Part shown: positions 13,308 to 26,324 of the stretch, piece after piece | Layout of the letters: each line of letters opens with the position of its first letter | How positions within the stretch are numbered: the first letter of the stretch is position 1 | Assembly: GCA_951406725.2 (NCBI GenBank) | Contig: OX597817.1 | Coordinates: 142,476,001 to 142,540,000, forward strand | DNA from: Octopus vulgaris | Taxonomy: Eukaryota | Length of the DNA: 64,000 bases | Reading direction: 5' to 3' | Position numbers and translations under genes: made by a program | The notes under the pieces: model-generated | What the model saw: only the letters and a program-made list of their open reading frames with translations | Databases searched by the model: none | Told to the model about the DNA's origin: nothing

Positions 13308-13560
13308 ATATACGTGTGTTAGTATGTGCATATGTAAGTAGGTGTGTGCACGCTTGTCTGCATGATTACGCGGGCACCGATAATCAAACACCGACGCAAA
13401 CATATACACACATACACACACGCACTTGAACACATTCACACACAGTCTCATATATATATATATATATATACATACACACACACACACATACATATATATA
13501 TATGTGTGTGTGTATCTGTATATATATATATACACACACTCACACACGCACACATATATA

Positions 13561-13654
<94 letters not shown>

Positions 13655-13701
13655 TGTATGTATGTATGTATGTATGTATATGTATTAGAGAGAGATATCA
13701 G

Positions 13702-13741
<40 letters not shown>

Positions 13742-14271
13742 GTACATATATATTGTGTGTCTGTGCGTGCGCATGCGTGTCCATAACTCATAAACAACAG
13801 GAAATTTGGAGCAAAAAATCTGTTGATCAAGACACTTGTAAACAACATAGAAAAAATTCGAATAAAATAAATGAAAACAAGAGAAATAAATATTAGCAAA
13901 ATTCTACTGGGAATGGTAACATGAATTCTTAGAAGAGTTCTTTAAAAAATAGTGATGTCCCAACTGGGCCATTTCCTAAAGCATATTTTACATAATTTAC
14001 ATACGTCGGATAAAATCAACTGAAAATTCTTAAAATAACATTGATATAGCAGCAGGGATCATATGTTCTGAATAAATATTTCAAATATTTATTTCAAACC
14101 GAATATGGGTGTAGAATAAACTAAATGAGAGTATGGAAGCGAGAAATAATTATTAATTTATTGTGTTTGAGATAGTGGGATAAGGAATTTTGATTGTATA
14201 TATATAATACAGACGCAGATAAAGGAAAATGCGCGCACACCGCACTAACATAGACATGCATGCACATGTAG

Positions 14272-14357
<86 letters not shown>

Positions 14358-14372
14358 ACACATATATATATA

Positions 14373-14575
14373 CTCTTTTACTCTTTTACTTGTTTCAGTC
14401 ATTTGACTGCGGCCATGCTGGGGCACCGCCTTTAGTCGAGCAAATTGATCCCAGGACTTATTCTTTGTAAGCCTAGTACTTATTCTATCGGTCTCATTTG
14501 CCGAACCGCATTGGTTCTCAAGCGATGTTGAGGGCACAAACACAGACACACAAACATATACATACATGTACATAC
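14373..14575 (-). mobile_element. SINE family A, 3' half (split by the Penelope insertion)
   Basis: The tail lies here and the matching 5' half resumes at 16941. Confidence 0.85.
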
Positions 14576-14690
14576 ATATATATATATATATAACGGGAAG
14601 CTTTATGAAAATAAACAAAAGACGAAGGCAGGTGGAAAACAAACGAACAATTGTATTAGTATGGCGCTCAGGAAATATAAATAAAACAAG

Positions 14691-14728
14691 TCTTTAACGT
14701 TTCGAGCCTACGCTCTTCAACAGAAAGA
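14691..14728 (-). ncRNA. Minimal type I hammerhead ribozyme-like motif of the Penelope pLTR (variant core CUGUUGA)
   Basis: Minus strand reads ucuuu-CUGUUGA-a-gagc(guag)gcuc-GAAA-c-gu-u-aaaga. Stem I ucuuu/aaaga, stem II gagc/gcuc, palindromic ACGU stem III, as in PLE hammerheads. Confidence 0.65.
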
Positions 14729-14894
14729 TACACAGAGAGAAAAACACAGAAAGAAGGAGAGAAAAAAATGCGTGCAGTAGCTAACGAATCAACATGGCGA
14801 TCTGATTTCGGCCAGAGGTCAAAGATCAAACATGAGACGCGAGAGCGAAATAAGGGGAGATAATAGGGTTGAGGGACCAGCTAAAAGTGCGTGG

Positions 14895-14944
14895 GAGGGG
14901 TCTGGATGTGTATGTATAGGGTTGGTGTATGTATTAGTATGTAT

Positions 14945-14981
<37 letters not shown>

Positions 14982-15200
14982 TATCAGTGCGTGGGATTGG
15001 TCTGGACGTGCGTATGTATGGGGTTGGTGTATGTATTAGTATGTATTAGTATGTATTAGTACGTATTGGTATGTATAGGTGTGTGTGTGTGTGTGAGAGA
15101 GTATAAGTGCGTATGCGGGGTCTGGACGTGTGTATGTATAGGGTTGGTGTAAGTATTAGTATGTACTAGTATGTATTAGTACGTATTAGTATGTATTAGT
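14895..15200. repeat. Three tandem units of about 100-120 bp with nested 10-mer (tatgtattag) repeats, inside the Penelope 3' region
   Basis: gtctggaYgtgYgtatgtatRgggttggtgta recurs at about 14900, 15000 and 15120. Confidence 0.85.
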
Positions 15201-16909
15201 TGGTGTGTGTATTAGTATGGCACATCATATGTGATGTGATGTGTAAAGTCATGTGGTGTAGTGAGGAGAAGAGGGGGAGGGGAGAAGAGGGGGAGAGAAG
15301 GGGAGGGGAAGAAGAGGGGAGGGGAGGGTGAAGAGGAGAGGATGGGGAGAAGGAAGGGGAGGAGAGGGATGAAGGAGGAAAGAGGGAGAGGGGGAGAGAG
15401 AAGGGGAGAGAGGGAGTGAGGGAGCAGAGGGAAGAGGAAGAGGGAGGGAGAAAGAGGGAAGAAGGGAAGGGGAGTAGGGGTGAAAGGATGAAGGACTGAA
15501 GAAGTGGGGGTCGGGGGAGAAAGGATAGGTGAGGAGGGGAGAGGGGGTTAGATGAGGAGGGGGGAGAGTTGAGACCAAATGGCGTATAAGAGCGAAGAGA
15601 GAAGATTAATTCCTGTTCACGGCGCAAACGGGAATCCGGATGGCCTCTGTGTAAGGACAAACCGAACACAGATAGGTGTTGCAAGGAGTGACCGGTGGAG
15701 CGGAAATGGCGTGAGACCGGTGTGTCGTTCGCATGGTGGATGTCACGAAGGTGTTCCGCGAACCGGTCAGCCAAGCGGCGTCCCGTTTGTCCGATGTACA
15801 AGGAATTGCAGAGAGAGCAAGAGATGCAATAGATAATATTGCTGGAGGTGCAGGTGAAGGAGTGGATGATGGGATAGGGTCGATGGTGGGTGCTAGTGAG
15901 GCGGGTGGTGTTGGAGAGGTAAGGGCAAGTGCGGCAACGTGGGCGGGAGCAGGGGAACGAGCCGGGTTGGGAGGTAGGGTCAGGGAAGGAGCTATGGACC
16001 AAAAGGTCTCGAAGGTTGTGGGCTCGTTTGAAAGAGGGGAGGGGTCGGTTAGGGAAGAGGTGTGAAGTGGACGGGTCGGACTGGAGACGACGGAAAGCTC
16101 GAAGAATGGTGCGTTGGAGACGTAGGGTCGTGGGGTGGTAAGTGAGGGGAAAAGGGAGGCGGGAGACTACAGGGCGGGTTCGGGGAGAGAGAGCAGATAC
16201 ACGGTCCACGGACCGTGCTCTGGCAAGGGCGGTGTGGATAGTGGTGAGGGGGTATCCACGTAGGGTGAAGTGGTGAGCCATACGTTGAGACTGAGTCTCA
16301 AAGTCATGGTCGTCACTACAGAGCCTACGTAGACGGAGGAATTGGGAATAGGGGATGGAAAGCTTGGTGTGTTCTGGGTGGGAGGAAGAGAAGTTGAGGT
16401 ATGAGTGTGAGTCTGTGTGTTTGTAGTGAATGGAGGTGGTAAGAGTGGAGTCAAGAATGCTAACCGAAATGTCGAGGAAGGAGACAGAGGTGTTGGAGAT
16501 AGTGGAAGTGAAGTGGAGGGCTGGATGGAAAGATTGGACGAAAGAGAGGAAGGAATCTAGATGTTCGCGGGAGAGTGAGGTGGCACCGATAATGTCGTCA
16601 ATATAACGACCATATAGTTCAGGAGTGGGACCAGTGAAAGTAGAGAATATTTGGGCCTCAACATAGCCAACGAACAGGTTCGCATAGTTGGGGCCCATTC
16701 GCGTTCCCATGGCCACTCCCGAGACCTGATGGTAGAACTCGCCCGCGAACGAGAAGCAGTTCAGAGTAAGGACAAGTTCGGCCAGACGAATGAGTGTGGA
16801 GGTGTCAGGTACAGGGTTAGAGCGGAGGTCAAGAAAGTGTCGAAGGGCCTGCAGTCCTTCGTGGTGAGGGATAACAGTATAGAGGCTTTGGATGTCCATA
16901 GTAAAAAGG

Positions 16910-16912
<3 letters not shown>
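15196..16912 (-). CDS. Penelope-like reverse transcriptase + GIY-YIG endonuclease (N-terminally truncated)
   Basis: RT motifs LFTMDIQSLYT, QVSGVAMGTRMGPNYANLF, RYIDD and FLDI; thumb SHP..K.SIPYSQFLRLRRLCS; Cys linker CSRPRCRTCPY; GIY-YIG NIIYCISCSLCNSLYIGQTGR..RF.EH...RE..LI..L...GLN. The ORF-track N-terminus (MSRFGRR...) comes from the flanking SINE and (TA)n. The low-complexity tail after PFGLN is probably readthrough, with the true stop possibly near 15548. Confidence 0.93.
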
Positions 16913-16940
<28 letters not shown>

Positions 16941-17091
16941 TACGAGGGGCTTCTTTCAGTTTCCGTCTACCAAATCGACTCATAAGGCTTTGGTCGGCCC
17001 GAGGCTATAGTAGACACTTGTCCAAGACACTTGCCCAAGTTGCCACGCAGTGGGACTGAACCCGGAACCATCTGGTTCGTAAGCAAGCTAC
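16941..17091 (-). mobile_element. SINE family A, 5' half (continuation of 14373-14575)
   Basis: ggcttctttcagtttccgtctaccaaat...gtgggactgaacccggaacc. Confidence 0.85.
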
Positions 17092-17269
17092 TTTTATTCA
17101 TTAAATTTGCCATGTAGGCAGCACATAGATAAGGTAGCTTTGCGGACTGGACATAGACATTGATGACGCGAATGATTATGATACAAAAATGATTAAGATG
17201 GGAGAAGACAGAAAGCGCCCTCGCCGACCCTCTGCTTCTCTATAACATTGTTCTTTAAAAACACATATA

Positions 17270-17815
17270 CAGAGGTATTAACTCTCTTACAATTTAAAAT
17301 ACAATATATTTGGACTAAAACTTTCATACAAATATAAAACACAATTTATACACAAATTGGAGGTGATAAACCTCGACAATCCTTCTCCGAACAATTTTCT
17401 TGCAACTTGCAGGCATTCCTGCAACCGCAATCCGGGGCTCCAAAAAAAGAATTCGATAATTCTCGTTTTTACACGAGTCAATTATAAGATCACAGTACTT
17501 TCTTTCCAGCACCAGACCAGCCACCTGTGGAGGTCACTCTGGGCTGTCAATACAAGTCGGGTCCCTCAGGACTCGACTATACATGTCATACTCCACGAAA
17601 CTGTTAATAGCACCTCCCCTAAGATAGAAGAACATATTCTTCACCACTTTCACAGATCTACACTTAGAGAGGTACCATCAACTCTTATCAATTTTCGCAA
17701 CTTTCACTCACCTTTCAATAATCTCACTCGAGGACAGCACTTTCCTCTCCACTCTTAATTTCCTCTTTGAAGTGAAACTTGAAGAAGTTAATGAGAGATC
17801 CACCAAAGAGGAGTA
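17270..17815 (-). mobile_element. Degenerate 3' end of a Tx1/L1-type LINE related to 40141-41272
   Basis: 17738-17812 aligns with 40572-40648 (acttgaagaagttRatgagagat). It translates to ..SLINFFKFH../KRKLRVERKVLS, against SLINFFKYHLKRKVRV in the younger copy. Confidence 0.65.
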
Positions 17816-18027
17816 ATAATAGCGTGAGCGACCGCTTACATTGACTTTTAATTTATTTCCAGTTCCTCTTGAATTCATTTTAACATTAAACAATCATGCA
17901 TGCGCTCTCTTTCTCTTTCTCTCCCCCCTCTCTCTCTCTCTGACTCTCTTCATCTCCCGTTCTCTCGCTCTCATTTTGAGTTGTGCTGTATGTATGTGCA
18001 TGTATATATATCTATCTATATATGTAT

Positions 18028-18240
18028 ACTCTTTTACTATTTTACTTGTTTCAGTCATTTGACTGCAGCCATGCTGGAGCACCGCCTTTAGTCGAGCAAA
18101 TCGATCCAAGAGCTTATTCTTTGTAAGCCTAGTACTTATTCTATCGTATTCTTTTGCCAAACTGTTAGGTTACGGGGACGTAAACACACCAACATAGGTT
18201 CTCAAGCGATGGTGGGGGGAGGCCAAACACAGACACACGC
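18028..18240 (-). mobile_element. SINE family A, 3' half
   Basis: Family tail and central segment. Confidence 0.85.
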
Positions 18241-18290
<50 letters not shown>

Positions 18291-18734
18291 ATGAATGTGT
18301 GTATATATATATATATATATATACACTCACACACACACACACACACACATACATACACGTGCTTATAGAATTTATTCCAACAATGTTTTGTCTATTACAT
18401 ATATTAATTTTTTAAAACATTCTCACAAACCCACACAGCTATTCCTGTTAACGCTCTTTTATATGGATTTCAAATATGCATTTGCATATATTCATCACTT
18501 GCATGTCTTTCGATATGTGTATATGCATGTAGGCGCGTATGTGCATATGTACTTAGGTATGCACGTATATATATATATATGAACGTGTATATAGCGATGT
18601 ATACATACACGTGTATCTTCAAAGCTTTTATATGACAATATAGTCACTGCATTCCATGTCTCAGGTGCTGGTATTTATAGTTTCACACTTATCCATATGT
18701 TGAGCTATTGTGAGCACTCAATATACAGGAGTCA

Positions 18735-19152
18735 TAGGACTGCAAGCTGTCAGAATCATTAGCACGCCGGTCGAAATGCTTAGCGGTATTTTATCTGCCG
18801 CTACGTTCTGAGTTCAAATTCCGCCACGGTCGACTTTGACTTTTATCCTATCGGGGTCGATAAATTAAGTACCATTTGCGTACTGAGGTCGATCTAATCG
18901 ACTGGCTCCCTCCCACAAAATTTCAGGGCTTGTGCCTAGAGCAGAAAATAATATTTGTGTATCCTAAAAGGCGGCGAGCTGGTACAACCGTTAGCACACC
19001 GGGCGAAATACTTTGCGGTATCCTGAGTTCCACTGAGGTCGACTTTGCCTTTCAAAGTCGATAAATTAAGTACAAGTTGAGTACTGGGGTTGATCGATTC
19101 GATTGGCTCCCTCCCCCAAAATTTCGGGGCTTGTGCCTAGAGTAGAAAAGAA
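18735..19152 (+). mobile_element. Two tandem SINE family B copies
   Basis: Two central domains, each followed by the ...cttgtgcctagagYagaaaa tail. Confidence 0.8.
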
Positions 19153-19182
19153 TATATAAAAACCATATTCAAATGATATTAG

Positions 19183-19231
<49 letters not shown>

Positions 19232-19235
19232 AATC

Positions 19236-19306
<71 letters not shown>

Positions 19307-19505
19307 ATGCACACACTCACACACATATACACTCACACACACACACACACATATATATATATGGGTATGCGCATTGAGAATGTATTCTCTAACGCCTAAA
19401 ACTGCAGCCGAGCCACGAACTAACAGTACACACAACCTTGTGTATATGTGTTCGATTTTGCCTATATACCTCGAGTTGTTTCTGATTCATATTTAATTTT
19501 ATATA

Positions 19506-19667
19506 GGCGCAAGAGTGGCTGTGTAGTAGCTAGCTTGCTCACCAACCAAATGGTTCCGGGTTCAGTTCCACTGCGTGGCAACTTGGGCACGTTTTTTCTG
19601 CTATATCATCGGGCCAACCAAAGCCTTGTGAGTAGATGTGGTAGACGGAAACTGAAAGAAGCCCAAC

Positions 19668-19735
<68 letters not shown>

Positions 19736-19954
19736 GTTTCTGGGTATGTGTTTGTGCCTGTGTTTGTCCCCCCCAGCATCGGTTGACAAGCGATGCTGGT
19801 GTGTTTACGACCCCGTAACGTAGCGGTTCGGCAAAAGAGGTCGATAGAATAAGTACTAAGCATACAAGGAATAAGTCCTGGGGTCGATTTGCTCGACTAA
19901 GCGTGGAGCTCCAGTATAGCCGCAATGACTGAAACAAATAAAAGAATAGAAGAA
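19506..19954 (+). mobile_element. SINE family A, full length
   Basis: ggcgcaagagtggctgtgtagt head through the gactgaaacaaataaaagaa tail. Confidence 0.88.
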
Positions 19955-20319
19955 TGTGTGTGTGTGTGCGTGCGTGTGTGGGTGTGCCTGTAAAAAGAGC
20001 TGTACAGAAAGAATACAAAGAGAAGGTAGACGAAAGCAGAGGAAACGAAAAACTAGTCGAAAACATAACGGACGAGAAATATACATAAAGATACGATACA
20101 TGGAATATTCGCAGCTCAGTTTATCCTCGTCAGTCAATGAACCAAAATTTCACAGTGTATATGTATGTGTGTATGTATGTATGTATGTATGTATGTATGT
20201 ATGTATGTATGTATGTATGTATGTATGCATGTATATATATATATATATATATATATATGGATATGTATATGTACACACACGCATACACACATCTTGTTTT
20301 TTTGTGAATTCTCCCCTAC

Positions 20320-20352
<33 letters not shown>

Positions 20353-20801
20353 CACACGCATACATACATACATATATATATATATATACATACATACAGA
20401 CACGTACACACATACATGCACTCACACACACATGCATACATACATACGTACTTACACCCACATTCAAACACACAAGCACACACACATATAGTTATTGGAG
20501 AAAAACTGCAAAATTTACTATACAAAATCAGTTTCAATTCCTAGTGGAACTTTTATATCTCATGGGAAAAATATGAAATAGAGTTAATGCAACATGGTTT
20601 CGTCTCGATGCTCTTAGATATAAGACATTATTGTTTAATGCGCTGTTTCTTGGCCAAAAGACATTTGGCACCCAATATTGTAATTTATGTTCCGCAGGGA
20701 TAAATTCAATTCGTTGAGGGAATTTGATGCGGGTGTGGTTTTGAAGTCGTACACAATATCTATATTTTTATTTCATCATGATTCTTATGCTTTGTCGATC
20801 A

Positions 20802-20903
<102 letters not shown>

Positions 20904-21762
20904 AAAACACACACACAAACACAGACGAGACCACACACTTGTACTGAAAACAAAATATTAAACTATACAACTAATTAATTGTCATTATTGTATGAGTCAC
21001 GCGATCTCTTAATTTCCAACAATTTTATAGAAATATGGAAATAAGAATTAAACAAAAGACAATTTGGTAAGATCGTAAATGGAATATGCGTGTGTCTGTG
21101 TGTGTGAGTGCACATGTTTATGTATTCATATATTTATTCAATATGCATAGATATTACAGAGGTGTCTAAGTATGTATAAATATACATGTATGCATATATG
21201 TATATGTGCAATGTGTATATATTTATATAGTCACACACAACACATACATGTGTGTGTGTGTGTAAATTATAAAGTACATAGTATAAAACTTACATGTAGC
21301 CTATGTGGTTCATTATTGTCTTCTACAGCTGTTTCAATGTGAATTACTGTCTATCTGGTTTTTATTCAAAATATTCTTCTCACTTCAATCTTTCTAGCTT
21401 ATTTTGTATATACATGCAAGTTTGTTCCACTGAGATGTTTTGCTTTGTCTCACCGAATTCGATTTAATCGATATGCTATCAAATGATCTCTCAATTATCG
21501 TGGATGTATTGCTTTGATGTTTAAGCATCAATAACGTATTCTTAATATGTTCTCTTTTTTTCTCAGATTTTTTCCTACTTTCTTTTAACCGCATATCCTC
21601 ATCAAGCAACCATATTACATGAATCTTACCAATTACTCGTTCGTTGTGCACCGTGGCATGCTATGCAAGCGCGTCTGAATATTGAACTTTCCCATCCTGA
21701 AACTTAAAGTAGCTCACATGTATGTTCAAATTTATCACGCACACACACACACACACACACAC

Positions 21763-21800
<38 letters not shown>

Positions 21801-21870
21801 AGAGAGGGAGACAGGGAGAGAGATAGATGAATAGATAGATACATAGATAGACAGATATATATATATATAT

Positions 21871-21949
<79 letters not shown>

Positions 21950-22120
21950 TAGATATCTATCGGTCTATTGGTTAAGATCAAATCTCTCCTATTCTTCACC
22001 CTACCATCTTGAGTACGATAATAATAAAGAATGAAGTCGCATCAAACACTCATAAGCATGTAATGGCCACGACTGGAATGTCTTAGATCATTTTAAGTAA
22101 ATAGTGTGTATAGTAATTTG

Positions 22121-22320
22121 AAGGTGTCGAGCTGGCAGAACCGTTGGCCCGCCGGAAAAAATGCCTAGCGGAATTTCGTCCGACTTGACGCCGAGGTCAA
22201 CTTTGCCTTTCATCTTTTAGGGGGTGTCGATAAAATAAGCATCATTTGAACTCTAGGGTCGATGTAACTGACTTAACCCCTTCCCCGAAATTTCTGGCAT
22301 TGTGCTAAAATTTGAAGTTA
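22121..22320 (+). mobile_element. SINE family B, diverged
   Basis: gagctggcagaa head and ctttgcctttcatc domain. Confidence 0.7.
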
Positions 22321-23113
22321 TTTGTAGTGGTGTTAGCCCCATGTCCCCACCTAATAGAATAAATATACGATCAAAGTGTTTGAAACTCTGAACATTATTG
22401 TTCTTCTCTTTTATCAGTCTCTTCTACTATAGCCACGCGCCGACTTAAGCTTTGTGAGTGGACTTGCTAGACAGAAACTAAAAGAAGCCCTTCGCACATA
22501 TATATATATATGTGTGTGTATGTCTTGTCCCACAGATCTGGTTGCCAAAAGGTGCTGGTTTGTTTATATCTCCGTATCGTTTCCTTTTTTATCAGTACCT
22601 TTATGACTACATTATTGAATTTATCTTTGCTAAGGTAACAGAGCATAATATGAGCAGAGGAGATTTGACTGGTGTTTCTAGCAATCCATAGAAACACATG
22701 CACAGTTCTTCGCTTGTCTGTTTTCTAATAATATTATGTGATTATTAAGGCGTATTATCATCAATGGCTTCATATCAAACGCCATTTGCGATAGAGGAGA
22801 GCGTGAGGAGGTGCCTATGGACGATGCGAGACATAACTGCAGGACAATCTGTAGAAGGAATTGTTTACCAATCTATTCCTGTTGCCGGATTTGGTCTGAG
22901 TGAGTAAAAGTGTAAATTTAATGAATATACGATTTCTGAAGATTTTCTATTTCACGTGAGGGCATATGCGCCGACAATATGTTTGATCATCTAGTTCTGT
23001 TCAAGTAAACAACTATGTTGAGTTCATATCGTATCCAATTGCGTATAATGTATTCAATGGCGAGGGTCACCATATTTTTAATTGTTTGCGATTTTATTGA
23101 AGTCTCTCCATTT

Positions 23114-23650
23114 TATTGGGTCATCCTATAAATAGTGCGGTTATTCATACTTCTTTTATTTTTCAAAATTAAGATATACAAAGTTCTTTTTTAATCTAAA
23201 ATATCCTCTCCTTCATTTTCTCCAATGCTCTTCCATCTATCTGATAGACTTGCAACGCCCCTTTTCAAAAATTAACTTGTCCGTAACGAAAAACCCTCCT
23301 CTGGTACTGCTCTGAGCTTGTCTACAGAATTCATATTTTCCCGTCCAAATAATTTTGAAGACTGCGGAATAAACGATAGTCAGATAGAACAATGTCAGGC
23401 GAATATGGTAGGTGAGTCATCATTTCCTATTCAAATTGTTCCAGCATTTGGAATATCATCCAATTTGTAGGTGGCCGAGCATTATCCTGAATGGAAGTAC
23501 ACCTTACGTCTTGAAACCAAAGATGGTCGTTTTTGTTGTAGCACTGATTTGAGTAACTGGTAGAATGACCCAGTCCAAGCTTCTCTGCTAGTTGTTCCAC
23601 AGTTACGATGGGATTTTCTTCCACCAGGGCTTGCAGGATATCCTCGTCGA
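23114..23650 (-). mobile_element. Mariner transposon remnant (internally deleted transposase pseudogene with 3' TIR)
   Basis: Minus-strand translation gives QDNARP...HLPYSPDIVLSDYRLFRSLQNYL...SLSDRWK (mariner YSPDLAPSD motif) and HTH-like EENPIVTVEQLAEKLG. TIR-like tattgggtcatcctataaatagtgcggtt at 23114. Confidence 0.85.
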
Positions 23651-23699
23651 AAATAAGGGGTGTTACTTTAATTCACTGGTAGTGAAAAGCTGGCACTGT

Positions 23700-24061
23700 A
23701 GTACATCTCCAGCGTTAGAAGCTGTGCAAAGACGATAAAATTATAATGATAAAACAATTCTCTTAGGCACGAATTAACCCGGCTATGGAAAATAAAGAAG
23801 GTGAGGATACTGCCAATTATTGTTGGGTCCTTGGGAACAGTATCGTAAGGCATCAAGAGGAATATAAAGGGTATTGGAATAGAGTACCCAGTAGAACTGT
23901 TACAAAAGGTGTACCTCCTTGGCACGGCCAGAATAATTAAGAAATTATCAGCTGAAAGGGGCGAATATCATGGTACCGTAGACTGCAGGTAGAAAGCCTG
24001 CTATGCATGCAAGACTCAGTCAGGGAACTCTAACAAAAATCTGTGATAATCAAAAATTCAA

Positions 24062-24123
<62 letters not shown>
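23700..24123 (+). mobile_element. R4/Dong-type non-LTR retrotransposon 3' end with (TAA)n tail
   Basis: 23765-23944 translates RHELTRLWKIKKVRILPIIVGSLGTVS*GIK...LLQKVYLLGTARIIKK, the C-terminus of restriction-like-endonuclease clade ORFs. Ends in (TAA)n at 24062-24123. Confidence 0.75.
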
Positions 24124-24124
<1 letters not shown>

Positions 24125-24125
24125 C

Positions 24126-24270
24126 GTTTCTACTCTTGGCGCAAGGCCTGACATTTTGTGGGAGGGGTCTAGTCGATTACATCGATTCCAGTGTTTCGCT
24201 GGTAGTTAATTTATCGAACCCGACAGTATGAAAGGTAAAGGCGACCCCAGCGGAATTTGAACTCAGAATA
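24126..24270 (-). mobile_element. SINE family B fragment
   Basis: Reverse complement of the central domain and second tail type. Confidence 0.65.
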
Positions 24271-24939
24271 TAAAGACAAACGAAATAACAAAAATATTAA
24301 TAATTATCATCATCCTCCTCATCATCTTCATCAATACCACCACCACCACCACCACCATCACCATCATCATCATCATCATCAGCATCATCAGCATCATCAT
24401 CATCACCATCATACTAATGCAGTTTATTTTCTCCGTAATAGGTAGCGTATCCTGTTCTATTGTAAGGAAAGGTGACTCTCGTTCATTTTATTGTGTAAAA
24501 AAATGTATTGTTGCATCGCATTTTGCCAAAAGATGTTGAAGTAATTTTAAACTTGAAAAATAAATAAATAATCTACTGGGTTTTTATTTATTTTTTCTTT
24601 TCCTTTTGCGATACCACACAAACTCATGCTTTCACCATTATGTTGTAATTGTATGGAGGAATGTATTCCGTATAAACAGTATTTGGAATCTATAAAAGTA
24701 TTACTTTTGTCGTTTTGAAAATCGATATGAACGGATAAAGACACGAGATTAGAAGTTGTTTGTCTAAATCTTTAACTTGGGTTCATTATTCAAATGTTGT
24801 TGTTGTTGATAGTGGTGTTTTTTTTATTAGCCCTAGGTCAGCACATCAACCGGACCTAAGTCAGCACGTCACAGGCGTTCTAGGTGTAACTATTCTTTTG
24901 ATTTTCATACACACCATAACTAGGCGCAGGCAATGTGGT

Positions 24940-25605
<666 letters not shown>

Positions 25606-25814
25606 GAAACGTTGTAGAGGAAGCATAGAGCTACAAAAAGCATAAAACACTTAAATGAAAATGTTTTTCTTGTTAATTCAAATAAGATTGGGAATAATTA
25701 GATTATTTAAAAAAATAAAACAAAAACGAACGAATTTATCTGACAAATCATTGCCCATTGTGCATGAAATATTCCGCAAAAACTTGAATCAAGTCTAAAG
25801 TTTGCATATCAAGT

Positions 25815-26315
25815 CCGCTGATCAATAAGTACCCGGACTGTTGCTATAGTAACGAAGCTAAACCACGCAGAGTAAAGCCACTTGGCACAGATCGATCTTG
25901 AACTCTGTTGTGCATACGCAATAAGTTTTAACGTTGTAGCACACTTCCGCTGTTTACAGCAGTGCTTGGAAGGAAGGTGTGTAGCGTATTATCGTCGCAT
26001 TGACCATGAGAAAGACAGCTGAGCAGAGAATCTGCCTAAAGTTTTGCCAAAATCTTGGCGATACCTGCTCAGAGGGCTGCGCAAAGTTTCCAAAGAGTTT
26101 TCATCGTTCTCAGCTCAATCAGGAGATCTTGTGCAACTTAAGACCGAGTGAACCTTTGCTCAGCAGTTTTGGCACAAACTTGGCAGACACGCGTCTCATG
26201 CCCAAATCTTCAGTGGTAATGGACTGAACTGAACCGTAACTAATCTGCACATCCTCTGATATGTCACAGATAGTGATTCGACAATTTTCCCTCACAGCTG
26301 CACGCATATCTGCGT
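25815..26315. mobile_element. Mariner 5' end with an inverted internal transposase segment
   Basis: Plus strand: TIR-like ctgatcaataagtacccggact and MRKTAEQRICLKFCQNLGDT. Minus strand 26150-26312: ADMRAAVRENCRITICDISEDVQISYGSVQSITTEDLGMRRVSAKFVPKLLS (mariner WVP-region motif). Confidence 0.8.
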
Positions 26316-26324
26316 ACTGGCATC

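Larger units (their letters stand above)
14593..16910 (-). mobile_element. Penelope-like retroelement (Neptune-type), 5'-truncated, with 3' pLTR
   Basis: RT + GIY-YIG ORF, long 3' region, hammerhead-like motif near the 3' end, (TA)n on both flanks. Confidence 0.93.

Noticed and set aside
14895-15200. Regularly spaced repeats as a CRISPR-like array
   Set aside because: The spacers are themselves repeated simple sequence, the context is eukaryotic and there are no cas genes.
16913-16983. N-terminus [18 protein letters not shown]... of the 595-aa ORF as the real start
   Set aside because: It derives from the flanking SINE and (TA)n and is in frame by chance. The element is truncated at RT motif A.
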